From positions 56,575 through 120,574 of the forward strand of contig SCUO01000047.1 in NCBI GenBank assembly GCA_004297395.1: DNA of 64,000 bases. The letters run 5' to 3'. Positions 44,977 through 56,914 of the stretch are shown here, one piece after another. The notes beneath the pieces are model-generated. The model was not told the DNA's origin. It did not search any database and saw nothing but the letters and a program-made list of their open reading frames with translations. Each line of letters begins with the position of its first letter. The first letter of the stretch is position 1. The stretch comes from Chloroflexota bacterium (GTDB taxonomy: Bacteria; Chloroflexota; Limnocylindria; Limnocylindrales; CSP1-4). Position numbers and translations under genes: made by a program.

Positions 44977-46452
44977 CTACGACGCCACCTCTTCGGTGGC
45001 CGCCTTCCTGGCGCGGGTTCGGGGCTTGGCAGCGGTTGCCGGCTCCGGCTCCGAGGCCACTTGCTCGGCGGCGGGCTCGTTGGCGGCCGCCGCCTTGGCC
45101 GTGGTGGCCTTCGCCTTGGTGGCCTTGGCTGCCTTCGTGGTCGGCTTGGCCTTCGACGTCGTCGCCGCCGTGGCGACGGGCTCACCGGCCTCCACGATCG
45201 CGGCCTCGGCCACCCCGTTCGTGGGTTCCGCGGCGGCCTTCTGCGGCCGGGCCCTCGGCTTCTTCTCGACAACGGTCTCGGCGGCGGCCTCGGCCGTCTC
45301 GGCGGTTGCGGCGAGCGGCTCGGCGGCGGCCTCGGCGGGCGTCAGGCCGGCGTCGGGGGCCGTCGTGGCGATCTCCGGGGCGACCGACGGCCCCGCGGCC
45401 TCGGCCGCCTTCGCCTCGGCGACCGAGACGTCGCTCCGAATGTCGATCCGCCAACCGGTCAGCCGGGCGGCAAGCCGGGCGTTCTGACCCTCACGACCGA
45501 TCGCCAGCGAGAGCATCCGCTCGGGCACGGTGACGTTCGCGATCCGATGTTCGATGTCGATGTCGACCGACAGGACCTGGGCCGGCGAGAGGGCGTTGGC
45601 CACGAACTGGGCCGGATCGTCATTCCAGGGGATGACGTCGATCTTCTCGCCGCCGAGCTCGGCGACGACGGCCTGGACCCGGGCGCCACGCTGGCCGACC
45701 GTCGCGCCGACGGGATCGAGGCCCTCCTGGCGCGATGAGACGGCGACCTTGCTGCGGCTGCCGGCCTCGCGGGCAATGGCCCGGATCTCGACCGTGCCGT
45801 TGTGGATCTCGGGGACCTCGAGCTCGAAGAGCCGCTTCAGGAAGCCCTTGTGGGTCCGGCTGACCATGAGCATGGGGCCCTTGGGTCCGCGGCGGACCTC
45901 CAGGACGAAGGCCTTGACGTTCTGGCCGATGCGGTAGTGCTCGAGGGGCGATTGCTCGGTCGTGGCCAGGATGGCTTCGACGCCCTTGCCGACGTCCAGG
46001 ATGATCGCGCGCGGCTCGGCCCGGTTCACGGTGCCGGTGATGAGCTCGCCCTCGCGGCTCGCGAACTGGTCGTAGACGACGTCGCGCTCGGCTTCGCGGA
46101 GGCGCTGCAGGACGACCTGCTTGGCCGTCTGGGCCCCGATCCGGCCGAACGATTCGCCGTCGAGCTGCTCCATCTCGACGAGCTCGCCGGGGACGGCGTC
46201 GGCCTTGTGGCCGCGAGCCTCGTCGAGGGTGAACTCGGTCAGCGGGTCCTCGACCTCGGAGACGGCGACGCGGGCCCGGAAGACGCGGATCTTGCCGCTC
46301 TCACCGTCGATTCGGACGTAGATGTCCTCTTCGTTCGCGATCCGGCGGTAGGCGGCCTGAATCGCCTCCTCCACCGTCCGGATGAGCTGCTCTCGGGGAA
46401 CCTGCTTCTCGGCGTTGAGCTGGAGGAGGGCGCCGACGAAATCTCGACTCAT
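44977..46452 (-). CDS. nusA: Transcription termination/antitermination factor NusA
   Basis: FGRIGAQTAKQV, LFELEVPEI, AREAGSRSK, AIGREGQNARLAARLTGW. Long Ala/Glu/Lys tail. Confidence 0.98.
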   Translation of the reverse strand: MSRDFVGALLQLNAEKQVPREQLIRTVEEAIQAAYRRIANEEDIYVRIDGESGKIRVFRARVAVSEVEDPLTEFTLDEARGHKADAVPGELVEMEQLDGESFGRIGAQTAKQVVLQRLREAERDVVYDQFASREGELITGTVNRAEPRAIILDVGKGVEAILATTEQSPLEHYRIGQNVKAFVLEVRRGPKGPMLMVSRTHKGFLKRLFELEVPEIHNGTVEIRAIAREAGSRSKVAVSSRQEGLDPVGATVGQRGARVQAVVAELGGEKIDVIPWNDDPAQFVANALSPAQVLSVDIDIEHRIANVTVPERMLSLAIGREGQNARLAARLTGWRIDIRSDVSVAEAKAAEAAGPSVAPEIATTAPDAGLTPAEAAAEPLAATAETAEAAAETVVEKKPRARPQKAAAEPTNGVAEAAIVEAGEPVATAATTSKAKPTTKAAKATKAKATTAKAAAANEPAAEQVASEPEPATAAKPRTRARKAATEEVAS

Positions 46453-46500
46453 GGTCGCTTCGCCCTCCAATCATCATCGTTCTGTTTCCGAGCCCCGCCG

Positions 46501-46563
46501 AAAAAAATACGTGGGGGTCACCCACGTCCACGAGGCGGCCGTTTCGATTCGCCGCGGAGTATA
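46501..46563 (-). promoter_or_regulatory. nusA operon -10 element and leader terminator/attenuator (rimP-leader-like)
   Basis: TATACT at 46563-46558, then hairpin ACGTGGG-tgacc-CCCACGT followed by ATTTTTTT (46527-46501). Confidence 0.75.
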
Positions 46564-46586
46564 CACCCGGGTGGGTGGATCGTCGA

Positions 46587-47843
46587 TCAGCGATCAGGCG
46601 GACCGGGCCGCTCCAATGACGGGTAGCGGCGCTCGATGTAGGCCTCGAGGATCTCGATGAACTCGTCGACGAGGCCCTCGCCGCGGAGTGTCCGATCGAG
46701 CTTGCCGTCCACGAACACCGGCGCGACCGGGTCCTCGAACGTGCCGGGCAGGCTGATCCCGATGTTGGCGTGCTTCGATTCACCCGGGCCGTTGACCACG
46801 CAGCCCATGACCGCGACGGTCAGCTCCTCGACGCCAGGGTGCGTCTCCCGCCACTCCGGCATCCGGTCCCGCAGGTGAATCTGGATCCGCTCGGCCATCT
46901 CCTGGAAGAAGGTCGAGGTCGTCCGGCCGCAGCCGGGACAGGCGCTGACCTGGGGCAGGAACGAGCGGAGACCCATTGACTGCAGGACCTGCTGGGCGAC
47001 CCGGACCTCCTCCTCGCGTTCGCCGCCCGGTGCCGGGGTCAGCGAGACCCGGATGGTGTCGCCGATCCCCTCGTTCAGCAGGATCGCGAGGCCGGCCGTC
47101 GATGCCACGATGCCCTTCATCCCCAGCCCGGCCTCGGTAAGCCCCAGATGGAGCGGGTAGTCCGAGCGACCGGCCAGGAGCCGGTAGACGTCGACCAGGT
47201 CGCGAACGTTGGAGACCTTGGCCGACAGGATGATCCGGTCGTGGCGAAGGCCCGTCGCCTCGGCCAGCTCGGCCGAGCGCATCGCCGACTCGATCATCGC
47301 CTCGATCATCACGTCCCGGGCGTCACGGGGCGCGGCGGCCCGGGCGTTGGCGTCCATGAGCTCGGTCAGGAGGGCCTGGTCGAGGGATCCCCAGTTGACC
47401 CCGATCCGGACCGGCTTGTCGTGCTCGATGGCGACTCGGACGATGGTCTGGAAGTTCTCGTCGTGGCGCTTGCCGCCGACGTTGCCGGGGTTGATCCGGT
47501 ACTTCGCGAGCCCCGCGGCCGCGGCCGGGTGCTCCACCAGGAGCTGGTGGCCGTTGTAGTGGAAGTCGCCGATGACCGGGACCGAGACGCCCAGGTCGGC
47601 CAGCTTCCGGAGCACCTCGGGCACGGCGGCCGCCGCGGCATCCGTGTTGACCGTCACCCGAACGAGCTGGCTGCCTGCGTGTGCCAGGCGCGCGACCTGG
47701 ATGGCGGTGGCGTCGGGGTCGGCGGTGTCCGTGTTCGTCATCGACTGGACGACGACCGGATGGGCGCCCCCGACGAGGACGCCGCCGACGTCGACGGACA
47801 CGGTCGCCCGGCGCCGGGGGCGAAGGGATTCGGCGCCGGCCAC
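46587..47843 (-). CDS. ispG: (E)-4-hydroxy-3-methylbut-2-enyl-diphosphate synthase
   Basis: [43 protein letters not shown]. Confidence 0.97.
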   Translation of the reverse strand: MAGAESLRPRRRATVSVDVGGVLVGGAHPVVVQSMTNTDTADPDATAIQVARLAHAGSQLVRVTVNTDAAAAAVPEVLRKLADLGVSVPVIGDFHYNGHQLLVEHPAAAAGLAKYRINPGNVGGKRHDENFQTIVRVAIEHDKPVRIGVNWGSLDQALLTELMDANARAAAPRDARDVMIEAMIESAMRSAELAEATGLRHDRIILSAKVSNVRDLVDVYRLLAGRSDYPLHLGLTEAGLGMKGIVASTAGLAILLNEGIGDTIRVSLTPAPGGEREEEVRVAQQVLQSMGLRSFLPQVSACPGCGRTTSTFFQEMAERIQIHLRDRMPEWRETHPGVEELTVAVMGCVVNGPGESKHANIGISLPGTFEDPVAPVFVDGKLDRTLRGEGLVDEFIEILEAYIERRYPSLERPGPPDR

Positions 47844-47845
47844 GG

Positions 47846-48988
47846 TCAGGTGCCGCCGAGCCCGCGGGCGATGTCGAAGGCGGTCACCCAGACGAGGAAC
47901 AGGAGCAGCATCGCGAAGCCGACGAAGTAGGTCAGGCGCTCGGCCCGCAGCGACAGCCGCTGGCCGACGAACCGCTTCAGGATGAGCATGAGCATCCGAC
48001 CCCCGTCGAGCGGCGGGAAGGGCAGGATGTTGACGACGGCGAGGTTGGCCGAGAGGATCCCGGCGAGGTACAGCGTGACGATCGGGCCGAGCGTCCAGAA
48101 GACGTCGCCGATCTGGGTCGCGATGCCGACCGGTCCGGAGGCCGGCGGCGCCTCCGTCGGCCGGGTGACGATGGCGCTGGCGAGCTGGCCTACGCCATCG
48201 ATGATCAGCCGGGTTGCCGTCACCGTCCGCTCGACGCCGAGGCCCAGCGCATCCCCGAACGGGTAGGTCACCCTGTCCTTCGACAGGCGCCCCTCGAGGG
48301 GAACGCCGGGCTCCACGATGTTGCCGTCGTCGTCCCGGACCGCGGCCTTGCCGATGCCCAGCGCGCCCTTGCCCTCGGCGATCTCGTCGGCCGGCCGGAG
48401 GGTCGCCGTCAGGTCGAGGATCGCGTCGCCGCGCCGGACCGTCAGGACGACGGTCTTGCCGGTCCGTTCGCGGAGGTCGTCGAGGACCGGCTCGAGGCCC
48501 GCAAACACGTCGTAGGCCTGGCCGTCCACGCGCTCGATGACGTCGCCGACGCGGACGCCGGCCACCTCCGCCGGCGAGCCTGGGTCGACATACGGGACGT
48601 AGACCCCGATCGCGGGGTCCCCGGTGAGCGCGATCCCGGCGAAGATCGCGAACGCCAGGACGATGTTCATGGCGACCCCGGCGAGCAGGATCACGAGCTT
48701 CTTCCAGAGGGGCTGGGCGGCGAACGAGCGCGGATCCTCGGCCTCGTCGCCGTCCTCGCCCTCGAGCTTGACGAAGCCGCCGATCGGCAGCCAGTTGAGC
48801 GTGTAGATGGTCTCGCCCCGGTTCCGGAGGACCTTGGCCCGGGGTGGGAACCCGACGCCGAACTCGAGGACGCGGACCTTGAACAGTCGCGCGGTGACGA
48901 AGTGGCCGACCTCGTGGACGAGGACGAGGATCCCGAGGATCCCGAAGAACAGGATGATCGTGACGAGCGTCCGGACGATGTCGTTCAA
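47846..48988 (-). CDS. rseP: RIP metalloprotease RseP with PDZ domain
   Basis: [25 protein letters not shown] start overlaps the dxr stop. Confidence 0.94.
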   Translation of the reverse strand: MNDIVRTLVTIILFFGILGILVLVHEVGHFVTARLFKVRVLEFGVGFPPRAKVLRNRGETIYTLNWLPIGGFVKLEGEDGDEAEDPRSFAAQPLWKKLVILLAGVAMNIVLAFAIFAGIALTGDPAIGVYVPYVDPGSPAEVAGVRVGDVIERVDGQAYDVFAGLEPVLDDLRERTGKTVVLTVRRGDAILDLTATLRPADEIAEGKGALGIGKAAVRDDDGNIVEPGVPLEGRLSKDRVTYPFGDALGLGVERTVTATRLIIDGVGQLASAIVTRPTEAPPASGPVGIATQIGDVFWTLGPIVTLYLAGILSANLAVVNILPFPPLDGGRMLMLILKRFVGQRLSLRAERLTYFVGFAMLLLFLVWVTAFDIARGLGGT

Positions 48989-50232
48989 GCGATCGACCCC
49001 GTTGCGTACTGGTTGTGAATCTCCGCCTCGAGGGCGACGAGGTCCTCGACGCCGGGCGCCGCCCCGCCGGTTCCGACCCCGCCGGCCCCGTAGCGCTCCA
49101 CGGCCGCGGCGAGGAGCCGCGGAATCCCCGGGAAGTCGAGGCTGCCGTCGAGGAACCGCGCAACCGCGACCTCGTCGGCGGCGATAAGGGCGGCCGTTGC
49201 CCAGGGACCCTGGCGGCCGGCCCCACGGGCGATCCGGAGGGCCGGGAACCGGGATTCGTCGGGCGCCCGGAAGTCGAGCCGCGCGATCGAGACCAGATCG
49301 GGCGGGGCGGCCGGCGACGGGCGACGACGCGGGTGCGTAAGGGCGTACTGGATGGGGAGTCGCATGTCCGGGGTGCCCAGCTGGGCCTTGAGGGAGCCGT
49401 CGACGAAGAGGACGGCCGAGTGGATGACCGACTGCGGATGGATCAGGACGTCGATCGACTCGTACGGGGCATCGTACAGCCAGTGTGCCTCGATGACCTC
49501 GAGGCCCTTGTTGGCCAGGGTCGCGCTGTCGATCGTGATCTTCGAGCCCATCCGCCACGTCGGGTGACGAAGCGCCTGGTCCGGCGTCACGCCCGCCATC
49601 GCGGCACGATCCAGGTCCAGGAAGGGGCCGCCTGACGCGGTCAGGACCAGCCGGGCGATCGAGGCGTGGTCCTCGCCGACGAGGCACTGCCAGATCGCGG
49701 AGTGCTCGGAATCGATCGGTCGAAGCCAGCCGAGCGGGCTGGCCAGGTGGCCGCGCGGGTCGGTCGCGGCCGCGGCCGCGGCAAGCTGCCGCGCCAGCGG
49801 CATGACGAGGTGCCCACCGGCGACGAGCGTCTCCTTGTTGGCCGTGGCGACCACCGTCCCGGCACGGAGCGCCGCGAGGACCGGTCGGAGGCTCACCATC
49901 CCACCCGTCCCGACGACCAGAAGGTCCAGATCCGGCCGTGCGGCGAGCGCCTCCAGCGCCGCCGCACCCACCGCGACCCGGGTCCCCGCTGGAAGCTCGC
50001 CCAGATCAGCGCGCGCGGCCGGGTCGGCCAGGACGACGACGTCCGGGCCCAGCCGGCGAGCCTGCTCGCCGAGCAACCGGCCGTTCCGTCCGGCCGCCAG
50101 GCCGACGACCTCGAACGCGCCGTCGCGGGCGATGACATCGACCGCCTGTCGCCCGATCGACCCGGTGGAGCCGAGGAGGCCGATCCTGAGCCGAGGCGTC
50201 GCCCCGATGTCAGTCGAAGACGATGACGACAT
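48985..50232 (-). CDS. dxr: 1-deoxy-D-xylulose 5-phosphate reductoisomerase
   Basis: [38 protein letters not shown]. Confidence 0.97.
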   Translation of the reverse strand: MSSSSSTDIGATPRLRIGLLGSTGSIGRQAVDVIARDGAFEVVGLAAGRNGRLLGEQARRLGPDVVVLADPAARADLGELPAGTRVAVGAAALEALAARPDLDLLVVGTGGMVSLRPVLAALRAGTVVATANKETLVAGGHLVMPLARQLAAAAAATDPRGHLASPLGWLRPIDSEHSAIWQCLVGEDHASIARLVLTASGGPFLDLDRAAMAGVTPDQALRHPTWRMGSKITIDSATLANKGLEVIEAHWLYDAPYESIDVLIHPQSVIHSAVLFVDGSLKAQLGTPDMRLPIQYALTHPRRRPSPAAPPDLVSIARLDFRAPDESRFPALRIARGAGRQGPWATAALIAADEVAVARFLDGSLDFPGIPRLLAAAVERYGAGGVGTGGAAPGVEDLVALEAEIHNQYATGSIA

Positions 50233-51040
50233 ACAGCATCACGACCGGGGCGGCGAAGAGGAACGAATCGACGCGATCCAGGAGCCCCCCGTGGCCCGGG
50301 ATCAGCCGTCCCGAGTCCTTGGCGCCGGCGGCCCGCTTGAGCATCGATTCGGCGAGGTCGCCCGCCTGCGCCGCGGCGGCGACGATCGGCCCGAGCAGCG
50401 TGCCCGTGTACCACGGCCGGCCCAGGGCAGCGACGAGGAGAGTCGCCACCACGGTCACGGCAACCGCCCCGCCGACGACGCCTTCGACCGTCTTGGCGGG
50501 CGAGATGTGGGCCATGAACGGCCTTTTCCCGAAGCGCCGGCCGACGAGGTACGCCCCGGTGTCGAAGGCCCAGACGCACAGGATCAGGAGGAGGATCCAG
50601 CCCCGCTCCGGCCCCAGGACGTCGAGCACCGCACCGTCGGGCACGGCCGGCACCTGGATCCCGAGGCGCGGCACGAAGCCGAGGAGCCCCACGTACATCG
50701 CCCCGAACACCGTCGTCCCGAAGCTCGCCAGGCCCTCGCGCGGGTCGGACCTGGCGATGGCGGCCGTCCCCACCAGGACGACGCCGACCGCGGCAACGAG
50801 CAGCCCGGCTCCACCGGGCACCGCGGTCACCGCATCGGCCAGGGCGATGGCCACGGCCAGGACGATGCCCAGGGCCGGGAAGGCTGGGTGGCCGGCTGCC
50901 TCCAGCAGCCGGAATGCCTCGCGGGCACCGATGGCGACGGCGATGGCGACGAGCACGGCGATCCACGGGCCGCCCAGCCATAGGACGGCGAGGAGCGGCG
51001 GGATCAGGAGCGCGGCACTCCGCGCCCGGTCACGGAGCAC
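50210..51040 (-). CDS. cdsA: Phosphatidate cytidylyltransferase
   Basis: [38 protein letters not shown]. Confidence 0.95.
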   Translation of the reverse strand: MLRDRARSAALLIPPLLAVLWLGGPWIAVLVAIAVAIGAREAFRLLEAAGHPAFPALGIVLAVAIALADAVTAVPGGAGLLVAAVGVVLVGTAAIARSDPREGLASFGTTVFGAMYVGLLGFVPRLGIQVPAVPDGAVLDVLGPERGWILLLILCVWAFDTGAYLVGRRFGKRPFMAHISPAKTVEGVVGGAVAVTVVATLLVAALGRPWYTGTLLGPIVAAAAQAGDLAESMLKRAAGAKDSGRLIPGHGGLLDRVDSFLFAAPVVMLYVVIVFD

Positions 51041-51049
51041 CCGAGGATC

Positions 51050-51847
51050 CTAGCGGCCGAAGCGCCGCTGGCGGGACGCGAACTCGAGGACCGCCGCGTC
51101 GAGGGCCTCGGGCCCGAAGTCGGGCCAGAGCGTTTCGGTCGTGACGAGCTCGGCGTAGGCCGACTGCCAGATCAGGAAGTTGGAGAGGCGCTGCTCGCCG
51201 CCCGTCCGGATGACGAGGTCCGGGTCAGGCGTGCCCGCCGTGTAGAGGGCCGCCGCGATCGTCGCCTCGTCGACCTCGTCGGGCCTGAGGCCGGCCGCCA
51301 CGATCCGACGGACGGCATCCACGAGCTCCGTCCGGCCGGCGTAGTTGAAGGCAATGTTCAGGAGCATCTCGGTGCCGCCCGCCGTGGCGTCGAGGGCATC
51401 CTCGATCGAAGCCCGGGTTTCGGGCGGCAGCTCGTCGGTCCGGCCGATCATCCGGACCCGCACCCCCTGGGCCCGGAGCTCGTCGGTCTCGCTCCGGATG
51501 GCCGCCTCGAGGAGCCCGAACAGCGCCACGACCTCGTCGTCCGAGCGAGCCCAGTTCTCGCGGCTGAAGGCATACAGGGTCAGGACGCGGAGGCCACGCC
51601 GGCGGGCGTGGCGGAGGACGCCCCGGATCGCTTCCACGCCGGCCGGGTGACCCTCGAGCTCGGGCAGCCCCCGGGCCCTGGCCCAGCGACGGTTGCCGTC
51701 CATGATGATCGCGACATGGCGGGGCAGCTCCGAGGCCGGCGTCTCGTCGAGGGTCGGACCGGCGGTCCGTTCGGGCGCCTCGACGGCCCCCGGCTCGTGG
51801 GCCGTGGGTGGCGCGTCGATCGGGCGTACGAGCGGTGTGCGGGTCAC
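51050..51847 (-). CDS. uppS: Polyprenyl (undecaprenyl) diphosphate synthase
   Basis: HVAIIMDGNRRWA, FSRENW, RTGGEQRLSNFLIWQ. Confidence 0.96.
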   Translation of the reverse strand: MTRTPLVRPIDAPPTAHEPGAVEAPERTAGPTLDETPASELPRHVAIIMDGNRRWARARGLPELEGHPAGVEAIRGVLRHARRRGLRVLTLYAFSRENWARSDDEVVALFGLLEAAIRSETDELRAQGVRVRMIGRTDELPPETRASIEDALDATAGGTEMLLNIAFNYAGRTELVDAVRRIVAAGLRPDEVDEATIAAALYTAGTPDPDLVIRTGGEQRLSNFLIWQSAYAELVTTETLWPDFGPEALDAAVLEFASRQRRFGR

Positions 51848-52404
51848 TAGACCTCGAGGACCTCCTGTTCTTTCGCCCCACCGACGCGATCGACGTCGGC
51901 GATGTGACGATCCGTCGTCTTCTGGATGACATCCAGGAGCTTGTGGACCTCGTCTGTCCCGAGGTCGCCCTCGCGCTCGAGCTTCTTGAGGTGGTCGGCG
52001 GCGTCGCGGCGGAGGTTGCGGATCTCGACCCGGGCCTCCTCCATCCGCTTGTGGACGACCCGGACGAGGTCCCGTCGCCGCTCCTCGGTCAGTTGCGGGA
52101 TGTTGAGCCGGACGACCGTCCCGTCGACGTTCGGGGTCAGCCCGATGTCGCTCTTGATGATCGCCTTCTCGATCGCCCCGAGGACGCTGCGGTCCCACGG
52201 CTGGATGACGATCTGGTGGGCCTCGGGGATGCTGATCCCGGCCAGCTGGTTGAGGGCCGTCTGGGTGCCGTAGTAGTCGACGTGGATGCGCTCGACGAGG
52301 CTGGTCGAGGCGCGGCCGGTCCGGACTCCCTGGAGGTCGCGCTCCATGGCCTCGACGGCACGGGCCATCTTGTGGTCGGCTCCGGCAACGATCTCCTGGC
52401 TCAT
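51847..52404 (-). CDS. frr: Ribosome recycling factor
   Basis: [23 protein letters not shown]. 185 aa. Confidence 0.97.
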   Translation of the reverse strand: MSQEIVAGADHKMARAVEAMERDLQGVRTGRASTSLVERIHVDYYGTQTALNQLAGISIPEAHQIVIQPWDRSVLGAIEKAIIKSDIGLTPNVDGTVVRLNIPQLTEERRRDLVRVVHKRMEEARVEIRNLRRDAADHLKKLEREGDLGTDEVHKLLDVIQKTTDRHIADVDRVGGAKEQEVLEV

Positions 52405-53158
52405 GCCCGCACGCTCTCCGCCCCGGCCGCCGTGATCAGGGTGCCGACCGGCTCGCCCCTCGCGACCCGGGCGATGTTGTCGGCCTGGTTGAGGTCGAAG
52501 ACGACGATCGGGAGGTCGTTCTCCATGCACAGCGAGACCGCCGCTGCATCCATGACCCGGAGCTGGTCGCGGAGGAGGTCGGCGTACTCGAGGTGGTCGT
52601 AGCGTCGGGCGGTCGGGACGGTCATCGGGTCCGCATCGTAGACCCCGTCGACCTTGGTCGCCTTGAGCAGCACCGACGCGCCGATCTCGACCGCTCGCAG
52701 CGCAGCGGCAGTATCGGTCGTGAAGTAGGGGTTGCCGGTGCCGGCCACGAAGATCACGACCCGGCCCTTCTCGAGGTGCCGGACCGCCCGCCGCCGGATG
52801 TAGGGCTCGGCGATCTCGTTCATCGCGATCGCGCTCATGACCCGGACCGGGATCCCCACCCGCTCGATGGCGTCCTGGAGGGCCAGGCCGTTCATGACCG
52901 TGGCGAGCATGCCGATATAGTCGCCGGTCGCCCGATCCATGCCCCTGGCCGACGCCGCGAGGCCCCGGAAGATGTTGCCGCCGCCGACCACGATCCCGAC
53001 CTCCACGCCCGAGGCGTGGACGGTCCCGACCTGGCGGGCGATGAAGGTGCAGAACTCGGGGTCGACGCCGTACGTCCGGTTGCCCAGCAGGGCCTCACCC
53101 GAGAGCTTGAGCAGGATCCGTTCGAAGCGCGGTCGCGCCGGAACGGATGCGGCGTCGG

Positions 53159-53162
<4 letters not shown>
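52401..53162 (-). CDS. pyrH: UMP kinase
   Basis: [25 protein letters not shown]. Confidence 0.97.
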
Positions 53163-53758
<596 letters not shown>

Positions 53759-53824
53759 GCTTGGTTCCTGCTCCCTGGTGGCGCGGACGCGTGTCCGCGG
53801 TTGTCGAATCGGGTTGGCCGGCCG

Positions 53825-54778
53825 TCAGCCGGGGGTGGGGCCGGCGGCCTCGCGCTCGGCGGCTTCGCGAGCCAGCTCGGCGGCGATCTCCTCGGCCGAC
53901 GCGGATGCGGCGGGGTCCTCGGCCGGTGCCGGCGCGGGGGCGCCGGGCAGGAGGTCCTCCTCCTCGTCCGGAGCGAAGCTGAGGGCCGCGCCACCGGCGA
54001 GGGCCGCCACGAGGGCGTCGCTCGCCTCGACGTCGTCGTACTCGGGCTCGGCCACGGTCGGCTCGGGCTCGGGCTCCATCGTCGCCCGGGCGGCGCGCTC
54101 GTTGGCACCTTCGAGGGCGGCGTCGGCGACCAGCGAGCACAGCAGCCGGATGGCCCGGATCGCGTCGTCGTTGGCCGGGATGATGTAGTCCAGCTCGTCG
54201 GGGTCGACGTTCGTGTCGCCGGTGCCGACGACCGGGATCTCGAGCTTGTTTGCCTCGGTCACCGCGATCCGCTCGCGGTGGGGGTCGACGATGAAGACCG
54301 CGCCCGGCAGGCGCTTCATCTTGCGGATGCCGCCGAGGGTCGCGGTCAGCTTCGTCAGCTCCTCGGTCAGCTTGGCGGCCTCCTTCTTGGGGAGGCGCTC
54401 GAACTCGCCGGCCTGCTGCCGCGCCTCGAGCTGCTCCATGAGCCCGATCCGCTTCTTGATCGTCACGAAGTTGGTGAGCATGCCGCCCAGCCAGCGCTTG
54501 TTGATGTAGGGCATCCCGGCCCGGGTCGCCTCCTGGGCGACGGGTTCCTGGGCCTGCTTCTTCGTCCCGATGAACAGGACCGGCTCGCCCCGGGCCACCG
54601 TCTCGCGGACAAAGTCGAGGGCGGCCTCCAGCCGTTGCGCGGTCTGGGCGAGGTCGATGATGTGGATCCCGTTGCGCTCGGCGAAGATGAACGGGCGCAT
54701 CTTGGGATTCCAGCGGCGAGTCTGGTGGCCGAAGTGGACTCCGGCTTCCAGCAGCTGCCGCATCGAGACGGACGGCAC
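53825..54778 (-). CDS. rpsB: 30S ribosomal protein S2 with acidic C-terminal tail
   Basis: [38 protein letters not shown]. Confidence 0.98.
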   Translation of the reverse strand: MPSVSMRQLLEAGVHFGHQTRRWNPKMRPFIFAERNGIHIIDLAQTAQRLEAALDFVRETVARGEPVLFIGTKKQAQEPVAQEATRAGMPYINKRWLGGMLTNFVTIKKRIGLMEQLEARQQAGEFERLPKKEAAKLTEELTKLTATLGGIRKMKRLPGAVFIVDPHRERIAVTEANKLEIPVVGTGDTNVDPDELDYIIPANDDAIRAIRLLCSLVADAALEGANERAARATMEPEPEPTVAEPEYDDVEASDALVAALAGGAALSFAPDEEEDLLPGAPAPAPAEDPAASASAEEIAAELAREAAEREAAGPTPG

Positions 54779-54965
54779 GGGGCAGATCCTCCTGTTCGGT
54801 TGCTACCGCCGCGGGCCTCGTCGCCGGGGACCGTCCGGGCGCCGCTCTCACGGTCGTTCCGGCCGGCACCGTCCCGGTCGGAACGGTCCGCGTGTGTGCT
54901 CCATCGCGGGTTGCGATGGGCGGTCGATGTGTCGCGGGAGTCCCGCGGCGCGGCGGAGTGTAGCA
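54779..54965 (-). promoter_or_regulatory. rpsB extended -10 promoter and long structured leader (probable S2 autoregulatory site)
   Basis: TGcTACACT at 54965-54957. About 170-nt leader containing CACACACG and GC hairpins. AGGAGG RBS. Confidence 0.55.
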
Positions 54966-55028
54966 CGGGATCCGTTCGAGGCCGATCTCCGGGGGCGGCG
55001 CCGCGCTCGGCGCCGGTAGGTGTCGGCG

Positions 55029-55421
55029 CTACAGCGCCGCCACGTGGTGGCGGATGCGGACCGCGCCTCCCGGCTCGCGCGGCGGCTCCACGACGACGAG
55101 ATCGATTCGGAGCGGGAGCGCCGGAACGGGTGTCCCGTCGGCCAGGATGCCGCGCTCGCGGAGACCCTGGGCGCCACGCCGGATCCGCGTCCGCTTGGCC
55201 GCGTCGACGGTCTCCTCGGGCAGGCCGAACTCGCGGCTCCGCCGCTTGCGGACCTCGACGATCACGAGCCGCGCCGGCGGCGCCGGATCGATGGCCACGA
55301 TGTCCAGCTCGGCCCGACCGACGTGGACGTTCATGCCCAGGATGGTCCAGCCGGCGGTCCTGAGCCGGTCGGCAACGAGCCGCTCGGCCGCGTCGCCCGA
55401 TTGCTGTGATCCGGTCCGCAC
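55029..55421 (-). CDS. yraN: YraN family putative endonuclease
   Basis: GDAAE, ELDIVA, VEVR, RIDLV. Follows rnhB. Confidence 0.9.
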   Translation of the reverse strand: MRTGSQQSGDAAERLVADRLRTAGWTILGMNVHVGRAELDIVAIDPAPPARLVIVEVRKRRSREFGLPEETVDAAKRTRIRRGAQGLRERGILADGTPVPALPLRIDLVVVEPPREPGGAVRIRHHVAAL

Positions 55422-55503
55422 GGCACGAGCATGCGCCGGGCCACTTCACTGCCACTTATCTGATCGGGGCCCGGGGTCCGGATCCCAGCGCGCTTCCCGA
55501 GGA

Positions 55504-56277
55504 TCAGCCCGGGACGGCGACCTCGAGCTCCAGGCCATCGGCGAGGTCCGCCACCAGGTCGGAGACATCGATGCCCGGCGGGGTCGTGCCGTCGCCGACG
55601 AGGCCATCGAGCCCGGGGGTGCCGTCGCCGAAGAGGTCCAGGCCCAGCTGATCGCCGGCGAGCGTCCGCTGGAGGGCCAGGAAGCTCCGGCGATGGAAGG
55701 GAGTCAGGCCCTGGCGTCGAATCGCCTGGCGGTGCTCGAGCGTGGCGTAGCCCTGGTTCCGCTCCCAGCCGTAGCCCGGGTAGCGGTCGGCCAGTCGGGC
55801 CATCATCCGGTCCCGCACGACCTTGGCCACGACCGAGGCACAGGCGATCGTGTAGCACTTCGCGTCGCCGTCGACGATGGCGGTGTACGGCCCGACATGG
55901 GCCTCGAAGTTCGCGATCCGGTTGCCGTCGACCAGGACGTGGTCGCGCTCGCCGAGCCGGGCGATCGCCCGGCGCATCGCCAGGTGGGTGGCGTGGTAGA
56001 TGTTCAGCCGGTCGATCTCGGCGACCGACGCCGCCCCGACGCCCACGGCGACGGCCCGGGCCCGGATGACCGGCGCGAGCCGCTCGCGCTGCGCCGCCGA
56101 GAGGGTCTTGGAATCGCGGACGCCACGGATGCGATGGGAGTTCGGCCGGATGATCACGGCCGCGGCCACGACCGCCCCGCAGGTGGGGGCCACCCCGACC
56201 TCGTCGACGCCAACGACCCGGGTCGCGCCGGAGCGCCAGAGGGGCCGTTCGAAGCGGAGTGTGGGAGCCTGCGGCAC
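55504..56277 (-). CDS. rnhB: Ribonuclease HII (variant motifs)
   Basis: GVDEVG, RDSK, LVDG, ASVVAKVVRD, GY, HRRSF. Lies between rplS and yraN. Confidence 0.93.
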   Translation of the reverse strand: MPQAPTLRFERPLWRSGATRVVGVDEVGVAPTCGAVVAAAVIIRPNSHRIRGVRDSKTLSAAQRERLAPVIRARAVAVGVGAASVAEIDRLNIYHATHLAMRRAIARLGERDHVLVDGNRIANFEAHVGPYTAIVDGDAKCYTIACASVVAKVVRDRMMARLADRYPGYGWERNQGYATLEHRQAIRRQGLTPFHRRSFLALQRTLAGDQLGLDLFGDGTPGLDGLVGDGTTPPGIDVSDLVADLADGLELEVAVPG

Positions 56278-56396
56278 GGGCCCTAGCCTACCGTTCGGGC
56301 GAGGAGGCTGCCCGCCGCTCGGCAGTGGGACCGGGACGTGGCCGGCGAATCCGGACGACCACCCCGCCGGGCAGTCGCGAGGCTGGGAGAATCGAG

Positions 56397-56420
56397 CGAC
56401 CCCGCCGCCTGGCGGGGTCG
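56397..56420 (-). terminator. Hairpin downstream of rplS
   Basis: CGACCCCGCC-gcct-GGCGGGGTCG, 10-bp perfect stem. Confidence 0.6.
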
Positions 56421-56456
56421 GGTCTGGGCGGGCGGAGCCGTCGCGGCGCTGCCGTG

Positions 56457-56807
56457 CTAGCTGTTCGTGCGCCGCTCGCGCAGCGTGGCGGACTTGCCGA
56501 CCCGCTTGCGCAGGAAGTACAGCTGGGCGCGACGGGCCTGCCCGTGCCGCACGACCTCGATCTTCTCGATGCGCGGGCTGTTGATCTTGAACGTCCGCTC
56601 CACGCCGACGCCGCTGGCGATCTTGCGGACGGTGATCGAGCGGGTGATGCCGCCGCCGCGGAGCCGCATGATCACGCCCTCGAACACCTGGACCCGCTCT
56701 TTGTTGCCCTCGATGACGCGGGCGGAGACGCGGACGGTGTCGCCGGTGGCGAGTTCCGGCAGGTCGGTGCGGAGCTGATCGGCGACGATCTCGTCGAGCA
56801 CGTTCAC
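56457..56807 (-). CDS. rplS: 50S ribosomal protein L19
   Basis: GDTVRV, ERVQVFEG, VRKIASGVGVERTF, RRAQLYFLR. Confidence 0.98.
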   Translation of the reverse strand: MNVLDEIVADQLRTDLPELATGDTVRVSARVIEGNKERVQVFEGVIMRLRGGGITRSITVRKIASGVGVERTFKINSPRIEKIEVVRHGQARRAQLYFLRKRVGKSATLRERRTNS

Positions 56808-56890
56808 GGTGGCGGTTCCCTGGTCGTGGAGGCAGCCCGAGGCCGCGGGTGGATCAGTGGATCGGGGTGGCCGCGCGCGGCCGAGGGCGG

Positions 56891-56899
56891 AGTATAGCA
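56891..56899 (-). promoter_or_regulatory. Extended -10 promoter for rplS
   Basis: TGcTATACT about 85 nt upstream of the rplS GTG. Confidence 0.6.
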
Positions 56900-56914
56900 G
56901 AGGTCCCCGGGCGA

